Shown here one piece after another: positions 37,787-47,718 of a DNA stretch of 64,000 bases. The translations under genes were made by a program, and so were the position numbers. The notes beneath the pieces were generated by a model. The model made no database searches and was not told the origin of the DNA. It worked only from the letters and a program-made list of their open reading frames with translations. Position 1 is the stretch's first letter; every line of letters starts with the position of its first letter. This DNA is from Promethearchaeota archaeon (GTDB lineage: Archaea > Asgardarchaeota > Lokiarchaeia > Sigyniarchaeales > SOKP01), in assembly GCA_019894975.1 (NCBI GenBank), contig JAGXNO010000006.1, positions 1-64,000 on the forward strand, written 5' to 3'.

Positions 37787-39496
37787 TTAGATTAACTTTT
37801 CAGCAACTTCTATATCTTTCTTCGTATGAATCTCGAACCATCCTTTATGCACTTCCAAAATATCTACTCTAAAACCCCTATCTATTACTTCTTGTATAAG
37901 ATCTATAAATGAAGCATTCCCAAAAGAATCTGCCTCATGGAACATTCCCTTATGACTCAATTTACATTCATGATATATTTTTCTGATAATTTCAACACCA
38001 TATTCAGAGAAATAAGCTATTCCCGTAAATTCGTAATCTGCCATATCCATATTAATACCTCTTCCTATTCTTATGATTTCATTTTCTATTTGATATAAGT
38101 CTCTTGTTTGCTCACTTGGTTTTTTTTTGGTAAGAACTAGTTCAAGATTTTTATCGATTTTGTGTTTATGATAGGTATATGAATTATCTAAAACTAAAAT
38201 TATATCTCCTTTCGAATTTAGAAGATTTTTTATAATCTGTTCATTATATAATATATCTGAATAAATAAAAATAAATCCTCCTTCCATTTCCTCTTCAGCT
38301 TTAAATAGAGAGTGTAAGATATAAAATTTTTCATATTCATCATTATCAATATATTTTGCACCCTCTACAGTGAATTCCTCTTTTTGATATCCCCTAATAA
38401 CAGTTATGTCTTTGATTTTACAATTATTCAATATTTCTATTTGTCTCTGGAGAACAGGTTTATCCCCCAAGACCGTCATAGCCTTGGGAATAGAAAACTC
38501 AGGATCACTACCCGCAGCGGGGATTATTACTTTTGTTGACCCTTTAATATATTTCATATCTTTTTCTTTTACATCTAAGAATCCTACGTCTTTAAAAACA
38601 GTCTTCACAGGACTGCATAAAGACTCTGCTTCAAACGCTCTCTTATTTCTTAGGATGATTGAAGCAGTTTCTTTCATTGCTTTATGAGCCGCTCGTAAAA
38701 GATGGTTAGCATAGATAACGATATTAAACCCGTGCTCCAACAACTCATTTTCCGTAATCGTATTATATGTAGTCGGAACGCAAACAAGAGGTTTCCTAAA
38801 ACCTAGTTCTTTTGATAATTTTTCATATTCTCTTGCAAATTCTAAGATTTCTTTAGGTTCTCTTTGCTTAGAATGAATCATTATACCATCTGCTCCGGCT
38901 CTCAAATACTTTTTAGCTCTATATATAGCATCCTTTAATCCTAAACCCGAAATCAGACTCTCTATTCGAGCTACGATCATGAAATCATCAGAGATCTGTA
39001 CTTCTTTCCCCCTTTTTATTTTTGTAGCAAAGACATCTGGTTCTTCTTGATCTTGAATCGTCCCTCCCTCTAAGCTATTTCGTTTGGGAAATTTTTTATC
39101 TTCAATAATAACCATCGAAACACCCATATCTTCTAAAGCACGAATGAAATATTCGAAATTCGCAGCTTCTCCGCCAGTATCTCCATCAATTATTATTGGT
39201 TTGTTTGAACCATTTAAAATTTGTCTAACAGTTTCGTATCTTGATTCCAATCCAATTAATCCAATATCGGGATATCCCTTAGCAGCACTATCAGTAAAAC
39301 TACTAATCCAAAAACCGTCGAATTCAAGAATTTCATCTTGATGATGTTCTCTTATGTTGTTTGCTATTATTGCACTAAGCCCGTTGTGTACTTCTAAGAT
39401 TTTAACAATCTTTTTGTTGTGAAGTAATTCCTTCAACATTCTTCTTCTTACATGAGGAAGTTTACTGTTTTGTTTTTTGAATTCCATTTTTATCAC
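37787..39496 (-). CDS. pepM: Phosphoenolpyruvate mutase fused to a C-terminal cytidylyltransferase-like domain
   Basis: PepM signature EDKxxxxxNS (EDKKFPKRNS), DGDTGG, ARIESLI, IMIHS, VPTTY, IYANHLLRA; then PAAG..PK, YSDIL, WFEI. Confidence 0.95.
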   Translation of the reverse strand: MIKMEFKKQNSKLPHVRRRMLKELLHNKKIVKILEVHNGLSAIIANNIREHHQDEILEFDGFWISSFTDSAAKGYPDIGLIGLESRYETVRQILNGSNKPIIIDGDTGGEAANFEYFIRALEDMGVSMVIIEDKKFPKRNSLEGGTIQDQEEPDVFATKIKRGKEVQISDDFMIVARIESLISGLGLKDAIYRAKKYLRAGADGIMIHSKQREPKEILEFAREYEKLSKELGFRKPLVCVPTTYNTITENELLEHGFNIVIYANHLLRAAHKAMKETASIILRNKRAFEAESLCSPVKTVFKDVGFLDVKEKDMKYIKGSTKVIIPAAGSDPEFSIPKAMTVLGDKPVLQRQIEILNNCKIKDITVIRGYQKEEFTVEGAKYIDNDEYEKFYILHSLFKAEEEMEGGFIFIYSDILYNEQIIKNLLNSKGDIILVLDNSYTYHKHKIDKNLELVLTKKKPSEQTRDLYQIENEIIRIGRGINMDMADYEFTGIAYFSEYGVEIIRKIYHECKLSHKGMFHEADSFGNASFIDLIQEVIDRGFRVDILEVHKGWFEIHTKKDIEVAEKLI

Positions 39497-39653
39497 TTAG
39501 ACATTCAGTTAGAATAAAATTTTGAAAAATTCTGGTTTAGGGAATGGTTAGAATACCTAAATACATAAATATTAAAAAATTAATTAGTTTTTACATTTAG
39601 ATTGATGTTTTGAATAAAAATAATAGGAAAAAAAAGATTAGTCTATAATATAT

Positions 39654-40967
39654 TTATAAATACTCTTTTCTCTCGGGCAAACTCTTCCAGTCTAATAATA
39701 AAACTAAACCACCTATTAGTGCTATTATTACCCAAAGTAAAAAAGCAGCCCATGATCCCGCTGTGTCAATAAGGGCTCCTGAGGTAAAAGTAGTAATAGC
39801 AGCTCCAATATATCCCCATCCATCGATAAATCCCGTAGCAGCGGAGGCTGCCTTCCGTGTAGCAAATTCCATAGGTATTGTAGAAACTAAAAGTGCATGC
39901 GGTGCAAAATTCAAAATCCCAATTAAAATCAATACAGGAATTCCAAAAACCAAATCAAGAGGGGGAAGTACTGTATAAATTAATAATACTAAGGATAGCA
40001 ATATAAAAAAAGCGCATATTACAGGGATTCTTCTTTTTCCAGCAAATTTATCAGAAATCCACGCACCTAGAAGAACTCCAATCAGACCCCCCAAGGGGTA
40101 GAAAATAGATTTCCAAACACCAAAAATACTCGTACCAGTTACTTCAGGACTGAGTAGATATGGAAGCCAGTCTGTTAATCCATATCTTACCATATTCAAA
40201 CAAAATAAACCAAAAGAAGCAAATAGAACAGTTTTGGTAAATAGAACTGTTTTAACAGTGTACTTAAAACCAACAAATTCATCGTCACGACATTCACCCA
40301 TTACCATTTGACCTTCACATTCTTCTTCGATAGTTGGTAAACCAACCTCTTCAGGAGCATTTCTACAGCGTGCATAAAAATGTATCGCCAAAATCAACAT
40401 GATAATTCCTGGAACTATAAATGAGAATCGCCAATTTAAACTAAGTGACTTAGTAATAACTATTGCAATTATCCAGGATACAACACCCCCCAGTAAATAT
40501 GATGTAGCAAGTCTACTTGACCATTTCCCTCTGTCTTCTGCCGGGTACCAATTAGCGATAGTTTTCACAGAAGGTGCCCATCCCATTGACTGAAAATATC
40601 CATTTAAACCCCAAAACAAGAATGCTACCCATATTAAATCAAATGCAGTTCCCATAAACAAATTGATGACTGAAGATACTATTAATCCTATTGCTATGAA
40701 ACGCCTAGCTCCTATTTTATCACCTAAAAACCCATTAACAAATTGTCCAAAAGCATATGCCAGGAAAAATGTTGTCCCTACTAATCCCATTACAGTAGCT
40801 GAAATCCCATATTCAGACATAATAAATGGTTTCGCAATTGAAATATTAGTACGGCCAATATAGTAAATCATGTAAGTAATCCAAACTGTGAAAAATATTC
40901 GCATTCTCCAGGATTTAAACTGAGATTTTACCTCGGCTTCACTTTTAGTATTTAAATTTTCATTCAT
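39654..40967 (-). CDS. MFS transporter, organophosphate:Pi antiporter family (GlpT/UhpT-like)
   Basis: YYIGRTN, GFLGDKIGAR, NGYFQSMGWAP, NWYPAEDRG, PEEVGLP, AATGFIDGWGYIG. Confidence 0.88.
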   Translation of the reverse strand: MNENLNTKSEAEVKSQFKSWRMRIFFTVWITYMIYYIGRTNISIAKPFIMSEYGISATVMGLVGTTFFLAYAFGQFVNGFLGDKIGARRFIAIGLIVSSVINLFMGTAFDLIWVAFLFWGLNGYFQSMGWAPSVKTIANWYPAEDRGKWSSRLATSYLLGGVVSWIIAIVITKSLSLNWRFSFIVPGIIMLILAIHFYARCRNAPEEVGLPTIEEECEGQMVMGECRDDEFVGFKYTVKTVLFTKTVLFASFGLFCLNMVRYGLTDWLPYLLSPEVTGTSIFGVWKSIFYPLGGLIGVLLGAWISDKFAGKRRIPVICAFFILLSLVLLIYTVLPPLDLVFGIPVLILIGILNFAPHALLVSTIPMEFATRKAASAATGFIDGWGYIGAAITTFTSGALIDTAGSWAAFLLWVIIALIGGLVLLLDWKSLPERKEYL

Positions 40968-40995
40968 TTTCTTTACTCATATTTATATTTGTTAT

Positions 40996-41919
40996 CTATA
41001 TTTTGCCATCTTTTATTAATTGTTGAGCATATTCAAAATCTTCGTCTGTATCCATTTCCACCCATTCTCCTTTTATGTCTACTGAATACATTGGATAACC
41101 TCTGATAATAAGTTCCTCAAGCATATCTGTTAAATATGCCTTTTGTATTGAGGTAGCATCATGGAATCGTCCCTCAAACTTGCATGTCTTATTATATTTC
41201 GCACGATTATAATTGCGCATCAATATTTCTGCTCCTTTTTTTGAAAATTTCCCGAGACCGATGAATTCTCCATGACCAACATCAGGATTATAAAATTTTG
41301 ATAGATGAATGATCTTACCATCTTCTACAATTGCTAACTCAGCTTCATCTGTAGGATGTTTTGTTCTTCCTTCATATCTTTTCCTCCAATCAGTATCTAC
41401 GATAAAACTAAAATCGTAAGGTGAATCCATTAGCTTTTTAACAACATTATCACTGTACAAAATATCTGAATATGTGAAAATAAAACCATCTTTCATTGCC
41501 TCCTCAGCGTAAAATAAAGATTCTAGAATATTATTATTATAATAATCATCATTATCATAGTAGGCAATATTAGGTAAGTCAATTTTATCTTTTTGAAATC
41601 CTCGAACAATAGCAAAATCATCTATACCATTTTGACGAAAAACATCCATTGTCCGTTCAAGGATGCTTTTACCTTCAATTTCTAATAAACACTTTGGCTT
41701 ATATTCCGTTAGAGGTCTTAATCTTGTACTCGGACCTGCAGCTATTATGATTACTTTCATTTCTCTTACTTCCTTTTTTGTTTCATATCGTCTTACAATT
41801 CGCTCTAAAAGCGAAATATGTTCATTAAATTTTTCAGATGTTTTTTTATATCCGATTTCTTTGACACTATCATAAACTTTCTTAATTTCTTCAAGATCAG
41901 AATATTTTTGTTTCGGCAT
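40996..41919 (-). CDS. Phosphocholine/phosphonate cytidylyltransferase with ~50-aa N-terminal HTH-like extension
   Basis: AAGPSTRLRPLT..PKCLL, NNILESL, YSDI, GEFIGL, YLTDML, WVEMDTDED. Confidence 0.85.
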   Translation of the reverse strand: MPKQKYSDLEEIKKVYDSVKEIGYKKTSEKFNEHISLLERIVRRYETKKEVREMKVIIIAAGPSTRLRPLTEYKPKCLLEIEGKSILERTMDVFRQNGIDDFAIVRGFQKDKIDLPNIAYYDNDDYYNNNILESLFYAEEAMKDGFIFTYSDILYSDNVVKKLMDSPYDFSFIVDTDWRKRYEGRTKHPTDEAELAIVEDGKIIHLSKFYNPDVGHGEFIGLGKFSKKGAEILMRNYNRAKYNKTCKFEGRFHDATSIQKAYLTDMLEELIIRGYPMYSVDIKGEWVEMDTDEDFEYAQQLIKDGKI

Positions 41920-42198
41920 ATAATTATCTGAATGGTTTAATAACTTTACAAGTGCATTTACCTATAAAAACTTTTAGGAATTTTATCTTCAAAAGATTTT
42001 TTGGTTATATAGAAAACTATGAAATCTTATATAGGTAAATGGATTAGATTTTCATTTATTTATTAGGTATTCAAATCATTCTTTCCCTAACTTTAAATAT
42101 CTTTTCTTTCTTATTCATTATTTTATAAGAACTCTTAGGAGTGTCAAAAGAAATATTTTATAATTCAATAAGTTTTTCAGGAGAAAAACAAGTATTAG

Positions 42199-43704
42199 TT
42201 ATTTGTAATATTTTCTTAAATGTTTGTTAAAATACAGAGGAAAGTATAATATCCAAACAACTATTTCTTTCCATCTTTGGATCAATTGTCCTCTTCTTGC
42301 AATTATTGATCTTAATACAAATTTAACAAAACCAGTTTTGTTTTTCTGGTCTGACACATCATTTAATTTTGTATCCAGAAAAATAAAACGCTTTGTATAT
42401 TTTCTATTCTTCTTTATTAATTTTTTTAGACCAAATCCCGTTAATCGATTATAAAAAAGTATTGTAATGAATTCCTGGTCTTTCAATAATCCTTGGGATC
42501 TTAAATCTTCTTTTCTTATTATTTGGTTATCTTTCTTAAGATGATCCCTAAGAAATCTCACTAATTGGGGCGGAAATTGATCAGGTATTAAAATTTTTTC
42601 GGATTTTAAGGATACTAACGTACTCTGTTGATAGAGAGTACTTAAGATTGATCCAAAATAACTATAAGCTTCAATCTCAGACTGGAGATAAAACTGATGC
42701 AAATCATTATATATCTCAGGATGCTTCTGACTTACGTCTTTTTTTTCCAAATGATCTTCCTTTAAGTCAAATAACGAGAACTTCCCATTATCATTTAGTA
42801 ATTTCCATCGATCTTCTATTATCATCGTTTTTTTAATTGATTGAAACATTAAATAACAATCTCCTCGAATTTTCCTATTTATATTGACATTAATATTATC
42901 TTCAATCAATTTCTTAAAAGATGTGGATTCTCTTTTATACGTGGGTTTAAAATCTAGATAATCAAGAATTGTCTCCATAAGATCCAAGAGGTATACGCGT
43001 TCTGTGAATACCTTTGGTTTAGATTTAGTAATGCTTTTAGGTAGCTTCATAAATAATGCTGGTTGCATAGAGGACTGATGAATATCATCGAAATGCAGCA
43101 ACTTCGCCTTTTTGTATAAATTCTTATCATAATATCCATGATCAGAATTAAGGATGAAAATTGAATCTTCCCAAAATTCATTTTCCTTCAAATAGCTTAT
43201 AATTTTATTGATGTATAAATTCGCTTTAGGATCACTAGGTCTAAAGAATAAAAAAACAAGATTTTTCTGATTAGGTAAAATTTCTTGGGCAACTTGCATA
43301 AAAAGTTCATAAATTTCCTTACCATCTAACCAATGATCTCCTTGGTATAATTCCTCCACAAAATATGGAGGTAAAATCTCTTTGGTAATTTCTACCTGTT
43401 CTCTTCCGAATATAATTGATTGGATATTGTAATTCTCCCTTTTTAGGGGATAAATGAAATTTTCATGTTCTAAACTTGGCAAGTTTTCTAATGTGCGATA
43501 ATAATCAGGAAAAATATAATAAGGAAATCTGCCCGTTAAAAAGGAAATAAGAGATAAGTTAGTAGAAGGAAATTGAGAAATACAATCTTCGAAATAAAAT
43601 CCTTCATTATCATTTTTTAAAGTCTTATATACAGGAAGTAAACTATGTAAATCTGGTCGTTCATAATTACATATTGAGTCAGTTACAATCCAGAAAATAT
43701 TCAT
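42199..43704 (-). CDS. Alkaline phosphatase/sulfatase superfamily hydrolase or transferase (Thr at the nucleophile position)
   Basis: NIFWIVTDS, FPSTNLSLISFLTG, NSDHG, LLDLMETILD, LFDLKED. Confidence 0.75.
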   Translation of the reverse strand: MNIFWIVTDSICNYERPDLHSLLPVYKTLKNDNEGFYFEDCISQFPSTNLSLISFLTGRFPYYIFPDYYRTLENLPSLEHENFIYPLKRENYNIQSIIFGREQVEITKEILPPYFVEELYQGDHWLDGKEIYELFMQVAQEILPNQKNLVFLFFRPSDPKANLYINKIISYLKENEFWEDSIFILNSDHGYYDKNLYKKAKLLHFDDIHQSSMQPALFMKLPKSITKSKPKVFTERVYLLDLMETILDYLDFKPTYKRESTSFKKLIEDNINVNINRKIRGDCYLMFQSIKKTMIIEDRWKLLNDNGKFSLFDLKEDHLEKKDVSQKHPEIYNDLHQFYLQSEIEAYSYFGSILSTLYQQSTLVSLKSEKILIPDQFPPQLVRFLRDHLKKDNQIIRKEDLRSQGLLKDQEFITILFYNRLTGFGLKKLIKKNRKYTKRFIFLDTKLNDVSDQKNKTGFVKFVLRSIIARRGQLIQRWKEIVVWILYFPLYFNKHLRKYYK

Positions 43705-43893
43705 TATCCCACCGGGCTACGTAATACTGTTTTTACCTAATTCAAACAAAATGTATTTAATTATGAAATGTGTAAAAGAAAATTGTTAAAAAGATAAAAA
43801 GTTAATGTCGTAATTACAATTGAAGAGCTTTACAAGATTATAGCCAATTCGTGCTAGGAGAATTAATCTCCGTAAAAAGTGAGTTAAGATTTT

Positions 43894-44997
43894 TTATTTT
43901 ATCACACATTTTTTATATATATCTAAAACTGTCAATGCACTTTCTTCCCAGGAGTACAACTTTATTCTTTCTAATCCTTTTTTAATTAGAGTCTTTCGTA
44001 GTACTTCATCACTTAGTAATTGAATAATTTTATCTGCTAATTCAGTGGGATCTGAATTGTCTTTTAGGATCAATGCTGAATCACCAACTATTTCAGGAAT
44101 TGCAAAAGCCTTTGATGTAATTACGGGGCACCCACATGCCATTGCTTCTAAATTTGGCATTCCAAAACCTTCAAAAAAGGATGGAAATAAAAACATCTCT
44201 GCATTATTCAAAAGGTTAATAACATCATTAACAGGTAAAAAACCTGTGAAAATAATATTATCGAGGATTTTTTCATTCTTAGCAAATTGTAATACTCGAC
44301 TGTTTTTCCAACCTTTTCCTCCTAGAACTAACATTAAATCTTTTTTTTCTCTATTTATTATAGAAAATGCTTTTAAAATTGTCCAAGGATTTTTTCTTTC
44401 AGAAAATTTGCTTAAATGAAAAATGAAATGAGAATCAATGCCATATTTTTCATTTATCTTTTCAGATTTCTTTTCATAAACTCTAAAATCTTTATCCACA
44501 GCACTATGTGTAAAGAAGACCCTATTCTCTCTTACCCCATACTGATAAGTTACAAAATTTTTACCTGCGTTAGATCCTGAAAAAATATAATCCATCTTTC
44601 TAAAATAAACAGGCTTAATCAATTTCGAATGGATTCTTTTTAATTTATTGAATTGGTCTGGAAAGTAAAGTTCTGCTGCACCACCTCCATGAACAGTGGT
44701 TAGTTTCTTAGGTTTTTTTAACCATACGGGAGAAAGAATAGTTAAAGGGTAATAGTGAAGAATATCAAAATTTTCTTTTTTAAGTTTGAAATGTGCGAGT
44801 AATGGATTCTTTGGGATTATTAATTCTGTAGTTTTTTCATAAATTTCATGATCATTTTTGGAATAATGAATCAGAACGATATTAAAATTTTTATTAAGTT
44901 TTAAGATATGAGATACGAGTTGTCTTAAATGAGACCCACTTCCACTAGTCCCTTGATCTATAGGTCTTGTAAATATTCCGATTTTTGGTTTACTCAT
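43894..44997 (-). CDS. Glycosyltransferase family 4 (MtfB-like)
   Basis: ERKN, FPSFFEGFGMPNLEAMACGCPV, YSWE. Confidence 0.9.
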   Translation of the reverse strand: MSKPKIGIFTRPIDQGTSGSGSHLRQLVSHILKLNKNFNIVLIHYSKNDHEIYEKTTELIIPKNPLLAHFKLKKENFDILHYYPLTILSPVWLKKPKKLTTVHGGGAAELYFPDQFNKLKRIHSKLIKPVYFRKMDYIFSGSNAGKNFVTYQYGVRENRVFFTHSAVDKDFRVYEKKSEKINEKYGIDSHFIFHLSKFSERKNPWTILKAFSIINREKKDLMLVLGGKGWKNSRVLQFAKNEKILDNIIFTGFLPVNDVINLLNNAEMFLFPSFFEGFGMPNLEAMACGCPVITSKAFAIPEIVGDSALILKDNSDPTELADKIIQLLSDEVLRKTLIKKGLERIKLYSWEESALTVLDIYKKCVIK

Positions 44998-45025
44998 AGT
45001 TTTATCAAATCTACAAAAATTAGTT

Positions 45026-45835
45026 CTAATTTACAATCGATTGATGAATTTTGATGACATCCTTTTCAATATTTTTTGCTTTGATTACCATGAATGTGAT
45101 AAATACACCTCCCATGAAAATTACATAAACGATCATAATTGCTTCTAAAATCCAGAATAACGTGAAATATATATACAACAACCAACCAATAAAGAAAATA
45201 GATGTGATCATATGAGTATGACTAAAAGCGTTTGTAAGATTTATAAAGATAGCTTTGATGAGTTTCATCAGGCTCTTTTTAGAGGCTTTTTGTTCTTTTA
45301 ACTCACCTTCTACTTCTATATTTTTATTTATGCTGCTTTTAGCGGAAGCAACAGTGGCTATCTTACGAACTCTCCTTATCCCGATTAAAAAAAACGTTGC
45401 TATAATCCCAAAGAAGATATATAAAAATTCCGAATTGATTTTAAAGATGGAAAACCCAAATGTGAAAAAAAACCAACTTTGGAAAAATAAATGTCCAATT
45501 TCATCATAGTATATTCCCCTAAGTGATGTTTTTTTTTTATATCGAGCAACTTCACCGTCAACTTCATCAGAAATATAGTAAACATATAGTAGGATAAATC
45601 CAATTATTATGAACAAATTATTACCAATCCCAATAAAAATTAAGCCTAATAAACCTATTATAGAACCGGAAATTGTTATAAAATTTGCAGAAATTCGGGT
45701 TTTTACCAAGATCCATGTTATATATTTTGAGATAAAAGTAAAGATTGCATGCCACCAATCTCTTTTAATCTTTCGTTTCTCAAGTTTGCTGCCTTGAATT
45801 ATCTGTTTGAATTCTTTAAAACTTTCTGATGTCAT
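45026..45835 (-). CDS. CDP-alcohol phosphotransferase family membrane protein
   Basis: ISANFIT, DEVDGEVAR-x7-G-x3-D-x3-H. Confidence 0.85.
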   Translation of the reverse strand: MTSESFKEFKQIIQGSKLEKRKIKRDWWHAIFTFISKYITWILVKTRISANFITISGSIIGLLGLIFIGIGNNLFIIIGFILLYVYYISDEVDGEVARYKKKTSLRGIYYDEIGHLFFQSWFFFTFGFSIFKINSEFLYIFFGIIATFFLIGIRRVRKIATVASAKSSINKNIEVEGELKEQKASKKSLMKLIKAIFINLTNAFSHTHMITSIFFIGWLLYIYFTLFWILEAIMIVYVIFMGGVFITFMVIKAKNIEKDVIKIHQSIVN

Positions 45836-45989
45836 TATTTATCTCTTTTTAATTTTATACTTGTTATAATGGGAAATTATATGAAAAATTATTGGTTTTT
45901 TAAATTCTTCAAATAATAAATTTAATTTGAGATTCATTATTTTGTATTTTTAAAAAATACAAATTTAAGAGAAAATTCACGTCGATCCT

Positions 45990-47642
45990 ATGGAACCTGA
46001 GCAACGAGAGAAATTACCGTTAGAGCGTAATACAGAATATAAAAATTTGGCCACGAACACGTTTTATTCATTTTTAATAAATTATGGGTCCCATTTTTTT
46101 ACGCTTGTCTACTCATTTCTTTTAGCGAGATTAATAACAGATGAATCATGGGATTTCTTAATTCTGGCAACTTCTTATATCACAATTATTGTAATAATAA
46201 CATCAATATTACCCCCAGGTTTAAACTATGCATTGAATTATTACATTCCAAGGTATCTAGCCTTAAATCAGAAGTATAAAATAAAATCATTAATCAGAAA
46301 TTCATTAAAAGCAAAATTATCCTTTTTAATACCTGTTTTTATTATTAGTGTTATTGCGTTTAATATGTTTCAGGTTCTTTTTGCTATTAATTTAGAAGAC
46401 AAGATAACACTTTTATATATACTTTCACCCCTTATTATCGTTCATAGTTTGACAAGAATATTAGAATCTATAAACCGTGGTTTTAGTAGATTTAACTATA
46501 ATTTTTTATATTTAATTATGAAAAACTTGATACATATTTTACCTCTTATGATTTTCTTCATTTTTGATATTAATATTACCGTAGAAGGTATTGCCATCAT
46601 TGTAATGATTTCTTTTTTAATTCCATTTATTTTTAATTGTATATCTGTTTCTATATTATATTTAAGGATTAAATCATCTGAAACTAAACAAAACTCATTT
46701 AAAAAGGATATTTCGAAGACTTTTAAATACGGAAGTTATATAGGAATTACTGATCTAATAAATAGAACTTGGAAAGAAACCCAACTTCAAGGTATTGGGA
46801 TTTTTGAGTCAGCAGGGGCAGTCACGGGCTATAATATTGCTATTAATTATCAAAGTTTATCTTTTTATTCTGTTCAGTCTATTAGTATTCCTCTGTTAAC
46901 GTCTTTTACGAGTTTAACAACTAAAGAGAATTTTGATAAAGTAAATAAAATCTATCGAATTGCTTATAAAATCACTCTCTTCTTATTACTAATTATTACA
47001 GGAGCCCTATTTTTTAGTATTGAGTTTTTATTAGACTTTGTCTTTCTAGAAGACCGCTTAATCTATTCGAACATTCTCAGATTATATCTAATCGCGGGGA
47101 TCTTTCAGATTTTAGGAGAATTTATGCAAGCGTTTTTAAATGCTCAGCATAAAGTGAAAATTACGTTGGGGTTGAAAGTTTTTTATATGTTATATTATAT
47201 ACCATTATTTTTTATTGGGCTTATCTATTTTGGCGTAGAAGGGGCCATAGTGCTTGGATTACTACTTGGAAATTTTATTTCTTTAGTTATTCAAATCATA
47301 GTGACCTATAAAATTGGAAAAATCAAATTAAATCTTCAAAAAATTATAACTCAATACCTAATATTTTTCATTTCATTAGCTACAACAATAATCTTAAAAT
47401 CTTTTATATATAAGGATTTAAGTTTAAGACTCATTGAAGATTTAGGGTTAACTCTGTTCAAAAATTTTGATTTTCTGTCTATAGGGTTATTCCTTATACT
47501 TTTTATATTGCTAAATTTAGTATTTAACACGGTTAGTGACACCGATATTAAAAATTTCGAATCACTCTTAAATAAAGAAAGATTTTTAGATAGAGCTTTA
47601 CAAAAAGGTTTAAATGGACTTAAGAAATTTACAAGAGGTTAG
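45990..47642 (+). CDS. Oligosaccharide flippase (Wzx/MOP family)
   Basis: ~14 TM; NTFYSF..LLARL, AVTGYNIA, YFGVEGAIV. Confidence 0.8.
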   Translation: MEPEQREKLPLERNTEYKNLATNTFYSFLINYGSHFFTLVYSFLLARLITDESWDFLILATSYITIIVIITSILPPGLNYALNYYIPRYLALNQKYKIKSLIRNSLKAKLSFLIPVFIISVIAFNMFQVLFAINLEDKITLLYILSPLIIVHSLTRILESINRGFSRFNYNFLYLIMKNLIHILPLMIFFIFDINITVEGIAIIVMISFLIPFIFNCISVSILYLRIKSSETKQNSFKKDISKTFKYGSYIGITDLINRTWKETQLQGIGIFESAGAVTGYNIAINYQSLSFYSVQSISIPLLTSFTSLTTKENFDKVNKIYRIAYKITLFLLLIITGALFFSIEFLLDFVFLEDRLIYSNILRLYLIAGIFQILGEFMQAFLNAQHKVKITLGLKVFYMLYYIPLFFIGLIYFGVEGAIVLGLLLGNFISLVIQIIVTYKIGKIKLNLQKIITQYLIFFISLATTIILKSFIYKDLSLRLIEDLGLTLFKNFDFLSIGLFLILFILLNLVFNTVSDTDIKNFESLLNKERFLDRALQKGLNGLKKFTRG

Positions 47643-47718
47643 AATACTTTATAAAATTTGTACAGTTAATTAATTATTAAAAATTTAATAATTCACTCAT
47701 ATTGGGTTAATCAAGAAA

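Noticed and set aside
34757-39496. Methylphosphonate, fosfomycin or 2-aminoethylphosphonate end product
   Set aside because: No MpnS/HepD dioxygenase, radical-SAM methyltransferase, epoxidase or PLP transaminase in the window; context is glycan/lipid biosynthesis. Such genes could still lie elsewhere.
40996-41919. N-terminal HTH as an IS transposase remnant
   Set aside because: It is in frame with an intact enzyme, with no inverted repeats or catalytic transposase sequence nearby.
42199-43704. True arylsulfatase
   Set aside because: Lacks the (C/S)xPxR formylglycine motif.
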